From: Felis catus
Lineage: Eukaryota
Direction: 5' to 3'
Assembly: GCF_018350175.1 (NCBI RefSeq)
Contig: NC_058383.1
Coordinates: 22,756,001 to 22,820,000 of the forward strand
DNA: 64,000 nucleotides
Every line of letters starts with the position of its first letter. Within the stretch, counting starts at the first letter, position 1. Below the pieces are notes generated by a model, which saw only the letters and a list, made by a program, of their open reading frames with translations, ran no database searches and was not told the DNA's origin. Positions 49,588 to 62,684 of this stretch are shown here, piece by piece. Both the position numbers and the translations under genes were made by a program.

Positions 49588-50509
49588 TGGACTTTTTTTT
49601 TTTTTTTTTTTTAAGTGCGTGTACCTAAAAGCTGCCAGGTCCGCCGCAATTCCTTTCATGAGAAATTATGGTGAAGGAGAGGTTAGGGAGTTAGCCACAC
49701 TCGGGACGTAATACAGTGTCTCTCCTCCTGGTGGCATATGTTCACGTAGTGCTGTGCAATTTCGGACGTATAGACCAGATGGTAGAGTTGGGCTCGGGGG
49801 AAACAGGAGGATTTGCAGCACCCATCAGGGAAGGCCGCCCTTGGTGGAGACAGAAGATGGAGATTCAAGCCCTAAAGATTGGCTGTCCTTGAGAACCTCC
49901 CCCAGGCATTGTTCCTTCTCAGAGCAATTGGAAGCGCCTGCTTCTCTCAGTAGATCTCTGTGTGGCACCTAAGCCACGAAAGTAAACCATACGGGACGGT
50001 TGAAGACAAATGCCACTCCGGCCCGACTGTGTGATAGCGAGTCCTGTGGCTGGAGGTGTGCTTCGACGTGCTGCCACCACTGTCCTCGGACCGACTCTCC
50101 CGCCCCTGTCTGGTGCTGCTGTGGCCAAGGTGCCCACCAGCAGCCTGTGGCTTTGTTCCACACAGTGATGGTCACAGAGCGAGAAAGGGCTGCACAGAAC
50201 ATGTATAGTGTTCCAGACCGTAGTCAACCGAGCACTGCTCCGTGTAGGCTGTATGTCACATTAGGAAGGTGGCATATTCCGGTGGTCTGAGTGTTAAATA
50301 GGAAATGAAAACACCTGGTGTCTCATGCATCTGACGTGCGGCTCACGCCTCAGCGGTGAAGGATGTCTTCCTTTCCTTATAAAATGGACCCGAAATCAAT
50401 CTGCCTCAAAAGCATATCCTGGGATTTTAGTAAGGAGCAAGCTGAATGCCCCAAGGAGGAAGTTCCCCACAAATAGCTCAGGGCATAATGGTCATCGCTT
50501 TCATTTCAG

Positions 50510-50696
50510 GATCTTGTCCACAGCTGGCAGGTATCTCTCGGACTCCTACAGCGCTCGGAACCTGGCCGGCTTTCAGGACAGCATCTTGACAGACAGGAAG
50601 AGCTCTACCAGGAACCCATGGCAAGAATATAATTACCTCCAGAAAGATAACCCTGCTGAATATGCCAGTTTAATGGAAATACTTTATACCCTCAAG
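50510..50696 (+). CDS. COG7: COG7 coding exon (probably exon 12), 187 nt, phase 2 to 0
   Basis: ttcatttcag|GATCTTG...CTCAAG|gtatga; (R)[62 protein letters not shown]. Confidence 0.96.
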
Positions 50697-52273
50697 GTAT
50701 GAGACCAGACGGATGGCATTCTTGCACATGGAAGCTTTTCTCTCGTCACCCCTTCCCCGATCCAGGCTTTCTGGCTCTGTGGGGTGGCTGTGGTCTGCAG
50801 CGTACCCCACTGCCACTTCTCTGTCTCACTCACATCATGTTTTCAGGAGCTAATAAACGAAACTGGGTCAGAACCGGTGGATACATAGGTGTAGGAGGTG
50901 GATAAGTGGAGCTTTATTACTGACGAAAGGCAGGCGGGAGAGCGTGGCTTCAGACGTGTGTCCAGATGGGCTTGCCGTAGTCAGACTTGCGTGGGGATGG
51001 GTGGGGCAGGTAGCCCCTGGCTCCAGTCTGGGGACAGTCCCCTGTTAATGGCAGAGAGGGGACCAGAGTGTGTACTGCCTGCTGGTGGGCAGGAGCCACA
51101 GAGGAGGCCCCCAGCCCTTCCATGGGGGAAGTCGAGCCTCTTCCCCAGGGGAGGGATGAGGGGTGGAGAAAAGCCAGAGGAAGCCTCCAGAGCAAGTGTG
51201 TCCTCTTGGGAGCAGGAGGACCCGGGGGGACGTGTTCCCTCCGAGCTGTCCTTTAGCTTAAGCTCTTACTTGATCTACCACAGTGCTGCCCTTGACTCTG
51301 AGCTTTGGGCCCCTTGGGGTCCAGGGACAGAAGAACTTCCCAATAAATGGAATGAGCCACACAGCAACTTTTGAATGGCCCCAGGATCCTAGGAGGGCTG
51401 CAACATCCCTTCCAGAACCATCTCCCCATCCCCTGGTCGGGTTTGAATAGACACTGCTGTTCTCATGGCACCAAATGCAACCTCAGAGTGTCCTACCAGG
51501 CCTTGAGCTCTGGGGGCGACTGCACAGTGACCCTCTGGACATGTCTGAGGCTTCCTTGTTGCCCTCACACGGTCTCAGATTTGCACTGAGGCGCACCAAC
51601 TGGCTGCATCTGAGCTTGACAAACACTTCTTAAAACACTTGTCCAGGCTCATTCATCCATGCTTCCGTGATTAGGTGAAAGCAGTTCTGTTTATCTTTAT
51701 TGCTGATCTGATTTAGTTTGTTGTAATCGGTTCATTTATAATAGCAAAACCAGGGTTACATTTTCCATCTCTGTATTTTCTCAGGCGGTTTGGAATTCCC
51801 TGGGACTCATATAGGTTGTGCGTGCTTTGCTGTATAGCCAGGTGTAACTGAGTTGACCTCGCTGGGAATCAGGCTTCTGTCTCCCAGTCTTGTCTATACC
51901 TGACACTTACCGTTTTCTCCTTCTTCCTCTATCCCCGAGGAACAGCCACAGGTTAATTTTTCCTACACTTCCAGTCCATCAACTTGTGTGAGCTCAGAAG
52001 AATCAGAATTACCTAGAAAAGTGAATTTAAAGCAGTGCTTCCTGGGCCTACACCCCTGCTGGACTCCGATTCAGTAGCCCTGAGGTGGAGCCTGTGCACC
52101 TGTAATCCAGCATGTTCCAAAGCAGGTGCCAGGGCACAACCAGGCTTGGGAACGCTACTGTATAGACCTGCCCCCTCACTGTTTTCTTCTCAGTGGCTTT
52201 TCAAAAATGTCAAACTAGCTAAAACCTTGGTTACAGCCAGGCCCTAATAGCCTTTTGTGTTTTCTTGTCTTAG

Positions 52274-52474
<201 letters not shown>

Positions 52475-54322
52475 TAGTGTGGGCACCGCCTCCTCCCACC
52501 CCCCCAGAAGCTTTAGGAGGAACCGCTCTAACTCTTCTGGCTGAAAGGCCCACCTTACAGACTCACTGTTCCCTTGCAACTCGCTGCTTAGCAAGAATTT
52601 CTTATCTTAATTGAATTCACCGAGATGCTTTCTTTCTAGACTGCTTCTTGGGATTATTATTACCGCTTGATTAACTTGCGCCATTTGGATCGGCATAGCT
52701 GTGCCCTGGCAGGGAGAAGTGAGGGAGATCCTGTGCCCCTGGATAGGCAGGGGCAGGTCACAGCAGCTCTTCGTCCCCTGAGATTGCGTCCTTTCCAGGA
52801 GCATTGTTTCTGGAACTCCACCCAGGAGAGCGCCTCCCCAGATCTGATCTGGTGATTTTGACGGAGTTTGAAGGACTCTGATCTTTTCTATCCTTGATGC
52901 CTTTTCTTTGTGGCTGTTCCCAGAGTGCCTCCCTTCCCTGGCTTCTGTTCTACTTTTCCTGACTCCCTTCGAGGGACTACCCATCAGTCACAGCTTCTCC
53001 ACTGGTTCTGAGTTCCTCGGGCCCCGTGTCATCACTGCCATCTGGATTTCTAGGACAACCCCTTTGCCAGCCTTTCTCAATGACGGTTCCAGGCTCTCTG
53101 GATTCAGCTTTGTTTTGTTGGGTTTGTTTGTTTTTAGAGATAGTGTTTTGAGAAAGATCCAGTTATGGACCTTTAATAACCAAGAGATCTTTTAGGAAGT
53201 GGAAAGAACTGGGAGGGCACGATTACAGGTTCCTTACTTCCTGCCACCCTCCAGAAAGCCTACGAGGCCAGGGCTCAAGAGCTGCTCACTTCACCGTATG
53301 ACCTGGCTCAAGTCTCTGGGTCTCAGATCCCCCATCCATGAAACAAGGGGTTGGACCACATGCTTTCAAAGTTCTGAAATTCCATGATTTTCATTCTTTA
53401 TGATTTTTTCCCTGAAAAATGCCATGGGACCCACCCTGGTCAGATTCTGTGTTTCTGTTGTGGGTGGGGGAGGGCGAAACTGGAGGAGAGGTGCTCCTGT
53501 CACAGCGCGGTGGAAGTGATGTCTGTGACTTGGGCCTGCCGGATCGCGCGGCATCCTGTGTGAGCCTCCTCTCCTCGTCAAATGCGGGCGAGCTGATTCT
53601 GACCGTGCAGATACGTGAGGATCTGTATTATGATAGAATTTAGCCCAGCAGCTGCCACAGAGTACCTGCTTAATAAGTGCTGGCTTTCTTCTCTGCGATT
53701 CTCATTTTTTAAATAGGAATGACAGTTTTTTAGAAGTAAAAATGGCACATACTCATTTTCAGAAATTCAGGTGGTACAGGAACGTACAATGAAAAAAGCA
53801 ATAAATACCTCAAAATCCCACAGTGTAGAAATCAGTGGGAATGTGTGGTGTTCAACCCAGACAGACACCTCTTCCTGCCCCAAGTTGGAGGCTGGCCGGG
53901 CACCAGTGGATAGATAGATGGATCCATAGAGGGGATGCACTGTCCTGCACGTGCTGTTCTTTAAAGCCAAAATGTACACAACATAACGTTCATTTGAACG
54001 TGACTAGAAAAGGAAGATAAACTAAGTGAAACCAGAGGAATCGTGGAGCCTGAGATAATAGGTTCTTCCCACAAGAGATACCAGTACCCAGAAGATCTTT
54101 CCAACGTTGCTGAAAAAAGGTTACGAAAACCATCAAGAGCCTGGGGTCCTTGTTCTGGGTTAGTCATGTTTGCATCTCAGGTAGCTGCTGATACCAGCTG
54201 AGCTGCTCTGAAAGAGGAGGGGATTAGCATTCTTCATCCTTCCCATCCCCCTCCCCAACCTCCAGATCTGGCTGCTTTTATTATTTTTCTTCGCTTTTCT
54301 TTTTTTTTTAATTACAAAAATT

Positions 54323-54841
54323 TGGGGGGGGGGCTCCTGAATGGCTCAGTTAAGCGTCCGACTTTGGCTCAGGTCATTGTCTTGCAGTTCATGAGTTCAG
54401 ATCCCACGTCGGGCCCTGTGCTGACAGCTCAGAGCCTGGAGCCTGTTTCGGATTCTGTGTCTCCCTCTCTTTCTGCCCCGACCCTGCTTACACTCTCTCT
54501 CCCTCTCTGAAAATAAACATTAAAAAAATTTTTTTTAATAAAAAAAATGTTTATTTGTTTATTTTGAGGGGGGGGGGGTGGGCAGAAAGAGAGGGAGAGA
54601 GAGAGAATCCCAAGCAGGGTTAGCACTGTCAGGGTAGAGCCAGACGTGGGCTTGAACTCACCAACCGTGAGATCATGACCTGAGCCAAAACCAAGAGTCA
54701 GATGCTTAACCGACTGAGCCACGCAGGTGCCTTTTTTTTTTTTTTTTTTTTAAATAATCTCTATACCCAGCATGGGGCTTGAGCTCACAACCCTGAGATC
54801 AAGAGTTTCATGCTCCACCAACTGAGCCAGCCAGGTGCCCC
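54323..54841. mobile_element. CanSINE cluster (+54323-54527, -54530-54731, short -54732-54841)
   Basis: Three SINE bodies; the first two form an adjacent inverted pair. Confidence 0.88.
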
Positions 54842-54867
54842 TATTTTTATTAAGAGCTTAAAATCTT

Positions 54868-55162
54868 TTTTTTTTTGAACTTCATACAGTAATTTTATTG
54901 TTGGTAGTAATGGTATAGCTATTTTGAAACTATTTCATGTGTAATGTAGGATAAAACAAACAATTCATGTTAATGTTAAGAACCAGGATCTTTTTTTTTT
55001 TTTTTACCTCTTTTTTATTCCAGTGCAATTAACATACAGTGTTATGTAAGTGTCAGGTATACAGCATAGTGATTCAACAATTCTGTACTTGACTCACACT
55101 CATCACGGTAAGTGTGCTCTTGATCCCCTCACCTAGGTCACTCATGCCCCCAGCCCAAATCC
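54868..55162 (-). mobile_element. Very short L1 3' end with a probable 3'-transduced flank
   Basis: L1 3' terminus at 55006-55160, T15, 114-nt segment, T11; TSD TAAAATCTT at 54859-54867 and 55163-55171. Confidence 0.7.
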
Positions 55163-56174
55163 TAAAATCTTGACCCTCTGTTCTGGAAGCTCCCTTCTTT
55201 CCGCTGCTCTTTTGCCCCCACTCCTGTCCTCCAGAGCCCCCGCTACAGTGGGGCTCCTGGTTGCCTGAATCTCACCTCCTCACTCAGGCCTCACCGCCAT
55301 AGCCCCCCGGGGCGCTGGGAACTGAGGTTAGGAGGAACTGGTCTCTGAGAGTTGCCAGCGGTGAAAGCACACAACACAAAGGCAAACACTTGGGCCTTAA
55401 GGATTTGAAAATTAAACCCTGGTCATTCAGTGTTTGTTTTTAATGTTTGCCAGTAAATTGTATTACCCTTTTACATTTCAAGAATATAAACCAACACTGT
55501 ATTCCATTTCCAAATAGGCTGTTGACGTTTGCCCACATTATCTGGTGACAGATGGATAGAAAAAGCCTGTTTGAAGGAAATTTTAAATAAATTTTGAACA
55601 ATTAAAAAATAACCTACACCATTTCCCTGTCGCCCTAACTTGCTAAGCGCCTCCCTAGTTCGGTCCACACCCACCCTTCTTGCAAACCACGTTCTGCTCC
55701 GGCTCTTCTCCCTTCTCCCTTCTCCCTCTCCCCTCTGCCTGTCCACTCTCCTCCCACCTCCCCACGGAGCCTTCTGGAGCCTTCGGGGGGCCCCCAGCCT
55801 GCAGTGTGAGTCCCCTGGATGCACTTGGGGGATGCTGCCCTTTCCCTGCAGCTCAGCCCTCGCGCCATCCCCCCTCCCAGCCCACTGCCTCCCTGGCCTT
55901 CCTGTCTCTGCCCTCTTGCCTCTGCTCTTTGCCAGTGACCTCGCCACTGTGTTGCATTGTTCCTTCTTTTTAAAGATGTCTCCTGTCTGTTCCTGTGGCC
56001 ACTGCCCTCGATGGGCTTCTCCTCCTCTCCCAGCTGTTCCTTGAGCTTTTTATCTGCCTCCCCACCCTCAGTCCTCCTGAGGTGCTGCATTAATCTTCAC
56101 AAAGCATCATTCTGACTTTGTCCCCCCACTCAGGACCTTTCCCTGGCTCCCCAGACCCAGTGTAAGAGTCGATT

Positions 56175-56600
56175 TAAAAAAAACATTTTATTGAGGAGGT
56201 GTTCACACATATGCAAGAATGGGGAGAGGAGTCTACTGAACCTCACGTCCTCATCACCCTGCTCCAGCATGGTCATCTCCTGGCCATCTGTCTCGTATAT
56301 ACCCCTTCTCTAAAGGGGGGCAACTCTAAAAATAATCACAGTGCCATAATCACCCCTAAGTCAGAAATGATTCCTTGATATCAGTAATCAGTGTTCAAAT
56401 TTCCAATTGTCATAAAGGTCATAATTTCACCGTTTGAATCAGGACCCAGGTTCATTGTGTACATCGGGATTGCTCGGTGTGTCTTTTATGAACTACAGAC
56501 CACCCTTCCGGACCCTTCCCTCTCTCTCCTACTCTCCTCTCCTCTCTCTCATAGTCTCACAATTTATTTGTTGAAAATAAAGCCCTTTCTTAGCCCACAG
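56175..56600 (-). mobile_element. Old L1MC-like 3'UTR fragment
   Basis: CATAATCACCCCTAAG...TTCCTTGATATCA..AATCAGTGTTCAAATTTCC...GTTTGAATCAGGACCCA...ATTTATTTGTTGAA. Confidence 0.65.
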
Positions 56601-57939
56601 TTCAGGGCTACACTTTCTCTTCCAGTCTTCCGTCTGTGCACCTCAGGCATCCCACCGCCCTCTATAATCAGCCGGAGCCTTTGCTCCTCAGAGCTCTTAC
56701 TGTATCAAACCTTGCATCTGCCCCTGAGAACTCCCAAGTGGAAGCCTGGGTGCGTGGGGGTTTATAGCGTGGGAGCATATCAGGGGGTCTTGGTTTCTCA
56801 AGGAGCTTCTGGAGAGCGAGGACCAAGTCTTACACTTCTTTGTCTCCTCTCTGCCAAGTGGGGCACAAGGCTCTGTGCATCATGGGCACTCGGTACATGT
56901 GGGTGATCAGAGTGTGTCTTCTCAATGGGGTGGGAGTTAACTGAAGAAAAGCAGGCTATTTTGAAACAGAAGAGGATTCTCAAGCAAGAACAAGGAGCTT
57001 AGAAAACTAGGGGCGGGGGTAGGGAGGAAAAAGAACTGGTCTCAAGCAAAGAAAATCAGAACCGAGCCGGTGCTAGGGGACGTGGGGAGGGCGGCTGAGG
57101 CTCAGCCTGGGCTGGGAGCCCAGGGGTGGACGTGGTCATTCCCGGAACGCTGCTTAAAGGATCAAGCAACCGGATCGGGCATCAGGTGGCTGTGGAGAGC
57201 AACTCCACCGTGACCTGGGAGCCACTCCAGGAGCGCAGCCAGAGAGGGCCTTGTTTTCCAGGCTGGCTTTGGGGTGACTCAGGCTGGAATGAAGAAACTA
57301 GATTTCTGTATGAAGGCGTGCCAAGTTCTGTATGAACAATGTAACCACGTACGTGCTGGCAGTGTGCCTGACTCTAGAGAGAATGCTGGGGAGGCTCACT
57401 TGGTGATACCGGAGATGTCCTCACTTGAAATGTCAAGAGGAAGAGCATCTCCCCAGATGACAGAGGAGTCACAAAGAGGACAGAAGGGCAGTTGGTGGGG
57501 TTTGGAGATTCTTTCCATCCCTGAGAAATAAGTCCAGAAGACAGCTAGAAATAAAAGCAGTTAAGTAGTGTCAGTAGATGTGGTTTGGATATTCCTGCAG
57601 CCGGAAAGGGCTTCCCAAGATAGGGATTTACATGTCATCCTCTGTGGAGGATCTGGGGCTGGAGGCCCCGGGGTTAGCGAGGCAACCTGCACCCAGCAGC
57701 TCTTACCCTGTAGTGCCCATCTAGTAGAGAAACTCAGACCTCAGGATACACAGCTCTTCACAATCTGAGTGGGATCAACAACTGGGATCCATTCCCACCA
57801 AATAGGTCTGTTGAGAAGATAGGAGCTCCTGTTTTAAGGATCTGTAGGAATGCAGAGGGGGGGGGGGGGGTGGGGGTGGGGAGAGGGAGAGAGAAAGGAT
57901 TATTTTCTCTGTGGCAGGTTTCAAGGTGATGATTTAAAT

Positions 57940-58328
57940 TTTAACATTTATTTTTATTTTTTTTTTAATGTTTATTTTTGAGCGAGAGAGAGAGAGGCAG
58001 AGAGAAAGGGAGATGCAGAATCTGAAGCAGGCTCCGGTCTCTAAGCTTTCAGCATAGAACCTAATGCAGGGCTCAGACCCACAAGCCACGAGATCATGAC
58101 CTGAGCTGAAGTTGAACGCTTAACCAACTGAGCCACTCAGGCACCCATGTTTATTTATTCTTGAGGGGCGGGGGGGGGGGGGGCAGAGAGAGAGGGAGAT
58201 ATCGGAAGCAGGCTCCAGGCTCTGAGCTGTCAGCACAGAGCCTGATGTGGGGCTCCAACCCACAAACCGTGAGATCATGACCTGAGCTGAGGTCAGAAGC
58301 TCAACTGACTGAGCCACCCGGGTGTCCC
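57940..58328 (-). mobile_element. Two antisense CanSINEs (~57940-58146 nested, ~58149-58328)
   Basis: Outer TSD TCAAGGTGATGATTTAAA at ~57921 and ~58329. Confidence 0.9.
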
Positions 58329-58508
58329 TCAAGGTGATGATTTAAAGAGAAGTCCCTGATCTGTAAAATAGTGACGATTTCCAAGGCCATCTTGGAGCAA
58401 AGACACCTATAGGAATGGTGCATTCTTCAAGTATTTTCTGGCATGTGGTGCTTTCCTGTGGCACCTGGCTTCTGTGACCTTGACCACTTTCTGTCTTCCC
58501 TCCCCTAG

Positions 58509-58592
58509 AGCTGGAACACAGCAGGCATTGGCGAGACCCTGACCGACGATCTGCCCACCTTCAGCCTCACCCCTCTCGAGTACATCAGCAAT
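58509..58592 (+). CDS. COG7: COG7 coding exon (probably exon 14), 84 nt
   Basis: cctcccctag|AGCTGG...AGCAAT|gtaaga; [28 protein letters not shown]. Confidence 0.96.
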
Positions 58593-58751
58593 GTAAGAGC
58601 TCCGTGCACTTTTCTCCAGGGGGAGTCATAGCATTGCAGACCGTGCCTTGTCTTTTGGTTCTGGCCTCCTGGGAAAGTAGTCATTACCGCATCGGTGCTG
58701 TCTGGACCTATGCTTCCTATGGATGGAGTAGTTTCCATCCATATCCAGGAC

Positions 58752-58985
58752 TTTATTTTTTTTTTTTAATTTTCAAAAAATGTTTATTTAGTTTTGAGAG
58801 AGAGAGAGAACGAGCACGATCAAGGGAAGGGCAGAGAGAGAGAGAGGGAGACACAGAATCTGAAGCAGGCTCCAGGCTCTGAGCTGTCAGCACAGGGCCC
58901 GACATGGGGCTTGAACCCACAAGCCATGAGATCATGACCTGAGCCGAAGTCGGGCGCTTAACCGACTGAGCCACCCAGGTGCCCC
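58752..58985 (-). mobile_element. CanSINE
   Basis: TSD CATAT(C/A)CAGGACTTTA. Confidence 0.92.
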
Positions 58986-61114
58986 CATATACAGGACTTT
59001 AAGGAAAGGCGGCTGATTTCCTTATTAAATCAACTGACGAAAAACAAGCTGATTTCAAAAATGTAACATGTTCATACACCTCCCGATGTGAGGCATGACC
59101 AGTACCTAAGGGCATCACAGTGTGAGTACACATAGGAAATTCTGACTTGGGAGGACAGGAAGCAGGTGGCCAGATTCTTCTCTGGACTTTTCAGAGGAAC
59201 AGTGTGTATATAATTCTGAATTCAAATTCAGAAAACATTTTAATGAGCACCTATTACGCACCAGGCCCTGTGTGGAATACTTTCATGTGGAATTTCACAG
59301 CAGGAAATAAATCTCTTCAGAATTGTATTTATAGAGGTTTAATATTAGAAAAAGAACAGAATAGACCCTACAGGGGAGCGGGGCAGTTCAGGGTCCTTTT
59401 CTCCTCCATTCACCCCTGGGAGTTGACAGTCACCAAGACATCTGCACGTGGCCTTTCTTTTCCTTCCTTGCTGCAGTCTAGCTCTGTCGCTCTTGGAGGT
59501 CGGTGTGCATGACAAATACTGGGTAGAGGTAATATAGTCCAGCTCTGGAGAGACATCTGGGATTCTCCAGGGTGATTCTGGGATAAGCAATCTCTGCCTA
59601 ATGCTGTCACTTTAGAACCCACTGCTGTGCCAGTTATGACTCTATTGTAAGAGATACAAAGGAATTTTAAAAGTGACCCTTGTATGGTTAGAAATGTCTG
59701 GTGATCCCACCAGCAGTACCGAGGAAGATGGCATTGTTTTCTCTGTCAGTTGGGAGGGTGTCCAGTTCAAAGTGGCAGTCACTTTCCTCCCGTTTTCCAG
59801 GCCATTACCTGATAACCTTTACTGATGAAACTATTCAGATGTGGGCTGCTTTTCACAACAATGGCAATAACCTTATTTTTAGAATTGAGCCAGTATGCAT
59901 TGCAATCTAAATTGATTCCGGAGATGATGTTGCTGGAAGGGACTTGAGAGATTATTGAATGATCTTAAGGAATCATTCCTGAGGAAACTGAGACATGGAG
60001 GAGTAAGGGAGGGCCCTTTTCCACCTGGCGTGACCCCCCTGAGTTACAGATGGTACCTGGGGGCTGGTGACCTGCACTCAGGAAATGAACACTCATCGAA
60101 CCCACACTGTGTGCAAGCTCAGTGCTAGGCTTTTATCAATGCCATGAGTTAGCGCGCCGTCTAGGCAGAATTTTATCTTGACGACAATGTGAGCTGGTTG
60201 GCAGTAATGTTTCACAGGCCAGCAGCAAGGCTGTGGGGAGTGAGAGAGGGGCAGGGAAACCATTTATCCAGTGGCCACTCTGTTAGGACGCCAGGAGCTT
60301 TATGCATGTATCACAACATTAATTTCACCCTTGGCACGGCCCTTTGGAGTAAGTATGAGGTCATCGTCATGTCAGAGATGAGGACACCAGGAAGGTCACA
60401 CGGTGGTAGAGCCAGAACTCAAGCCCAAGTCCATCTGACCACAAAGCTAGCTCTTCATTTTTCCTGAGTCACTGAGCTTACCCAAACAGGATATCAAGGA
60501 GTATTTATTGCGTATGTGAGAACGGTAGGAAAATATCCTCAGGTGCGATGGTAGGCATCCCTGTCTGCACTGATTTCCAAAAGATGAATGTCGACAGAAC
60601 TCCCGAGGGAGACCTGGAGTCATGGGAACTGTCCAGGGACCACAGCAGTCCCCACCATCTAAGCCAACTCGTTGAAGTTTAAGATACCAGGTTATCGAAA
60701 TTTGGCACCTAAGTGACACTTTACCTCCTTGGTGAATGCCCTCTCCCACACAACAGCCGCACGAACATGATATAGGGCAAAATAGGAGAAAATGCTTTGA
60801 AAAATGAAAAACACCGTAGACGTGAGGTATAGTGATCCTGACGCTTCATTTCAAGTACAGCTGGGTGTGTGGATTTAGCCAGAAGGTCATGGCTACAGGT
60901 GAGAAGTATACCAAACACAGGAGCACTCCCCGGACTCTTTGCACATAGTATTCAGGAAGTACCTGCCACATGGAATCAGAATGGAGAAATCCCATAGCAT
61001 CCTTTTCTTCCTCCAGCCTTGTGGGAAAATAATGAATTCGTTGCCATTTGCAAGCTGAAAGGCATGGTGATGGTTGTTATTAGTGAGGAAAGTGGCCCAC
61101 TTGTCTAGTTTGAA

Positions 61115-61327
61115 ATTTTTTATTTTTTTTTACATTTATTTATTTTTTGATAGAGACAGAGCACAAGTGAGGGAGGGGCAGAGAGAGAGGGAGACACAGA
61201 ATCTGAAGCAGGCTCCAGGCTCTGAGCTGTCAGCACAGAGCCCGACGCGGGGCTCGAACTCACAGACCGTGAGATCATGACCTGAGCCGAAGTCGGACGC
61301 TCAACCGACTGAACCACCCAGGCGCCC
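61115..61327 (-). mobile_element. CanSINE
   Basis: TSD CCCACTTGTCTAGTTTGAA. Confidence 0.93.
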
Positions 61328-62447
61328 CCCACTTGTCTAGTTTGAATGAGAGACTGTACTAAGTAAATGAAAGGAAAAAAGGCTGACTTCGTTTATTTTA
61401 CCATCTGTGTACCTCTTCAAAGGGAGAGCAAACTACTCTGTTTTGTTAGCATGATGGACCATAGGATGTTTAGACTTACTATAGCCAGCCCACATTCAGT
61501 ATTTGGAAATGTGTGGAATCTCCCTCTGGGCTGGGAGATTTTGGGGGTCTGCCACTGTGTCGGTGTGTGTGAGGCCAGGAGGGGAAAATCTTACTTGGAT
61601 AATCCTTGGACTTTCATTTTGCAGAATCAGCATCAACTGTAAATTTAAATGTATGGGATAAATATAGAACCCCCCAAAAAGCAACAACAGGCTCAAAGCC
61701 ATTTAAGAAAAAAACAATATGTTGTGATAACCTGAAAATCAACCTCATTTGTGAAACAAAAGCATATATTGACCTTAAAACCAAAACAGGCATGAGTTTT
61801 AATAGAAACTGGTGTCTGAAGTCTACCCATGATGGCTGCCATGTGCGTCTGACAAACACAGGACAAACACTGTATTATTTGTGGGCTCATCCCAAATGTC
61901 TGGTAATCTGGTCTTTTATGAGCCCCCACCAGCCAAGAAGGTGGTGTTGATCTTTATTTTCTAGAGTTTGTATTATCCAAACAACAGTTTTCCCTCCAGG
62001 TTAATTCATAAGTAGCTTTTTTCCCCCCAACAAAATTCCTTTCTTCTCTTAGTTAGAACATTTCTAAAAAAGAGACCCACAGCCAAGTCCAGGAGACAGG
62101 ACTTGAACTCTTGCTTGGCCATGCACTTGCTGACCTTAGCACCTTACTGGTTTGGGATCTATGAATAGTAATAATAACTTATTATTGCTTGTCGGTATCT
62201 ATTGCCTCATTTGAGGTAGAGATTGCATTGAATGCATTCCAAAAATAGTGAGGCCATTAGTGTGAGGATGAATCTGTGATATACATGCAAGTTCCCATTG
62301 ATTTTTTTAAGGTGCTGTCGTAGCAGTCAGTATTACTGCACACTGGAAAGATCAGGGGCTGCCCCAGGCCTAATGATTTTGTCTGCACCCTAAATGCCTG
62401 CACGCGAACGTACTGCAGAAATAATTACCTGTGTTAGTGTGGGCTGA

Positions 62448-62684
<237 letters not shown>

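Noticed and set aside
50898..51374. 158-aa intronic ORF
   Set aside because: Non-ATG start in GC-rich intron; no recognisable protein features.
53500..53620. Small CpG-rich patch as an internal promoter
   Set aside because: Too short for a CpG island and overlaps a MIR-like relic.
55471..56906. Several 130-170 aa ORFs
   Set aside because: Low-complexity C/T-rich sequence and an L1MC-like relic; no domain similarity that I recognise.
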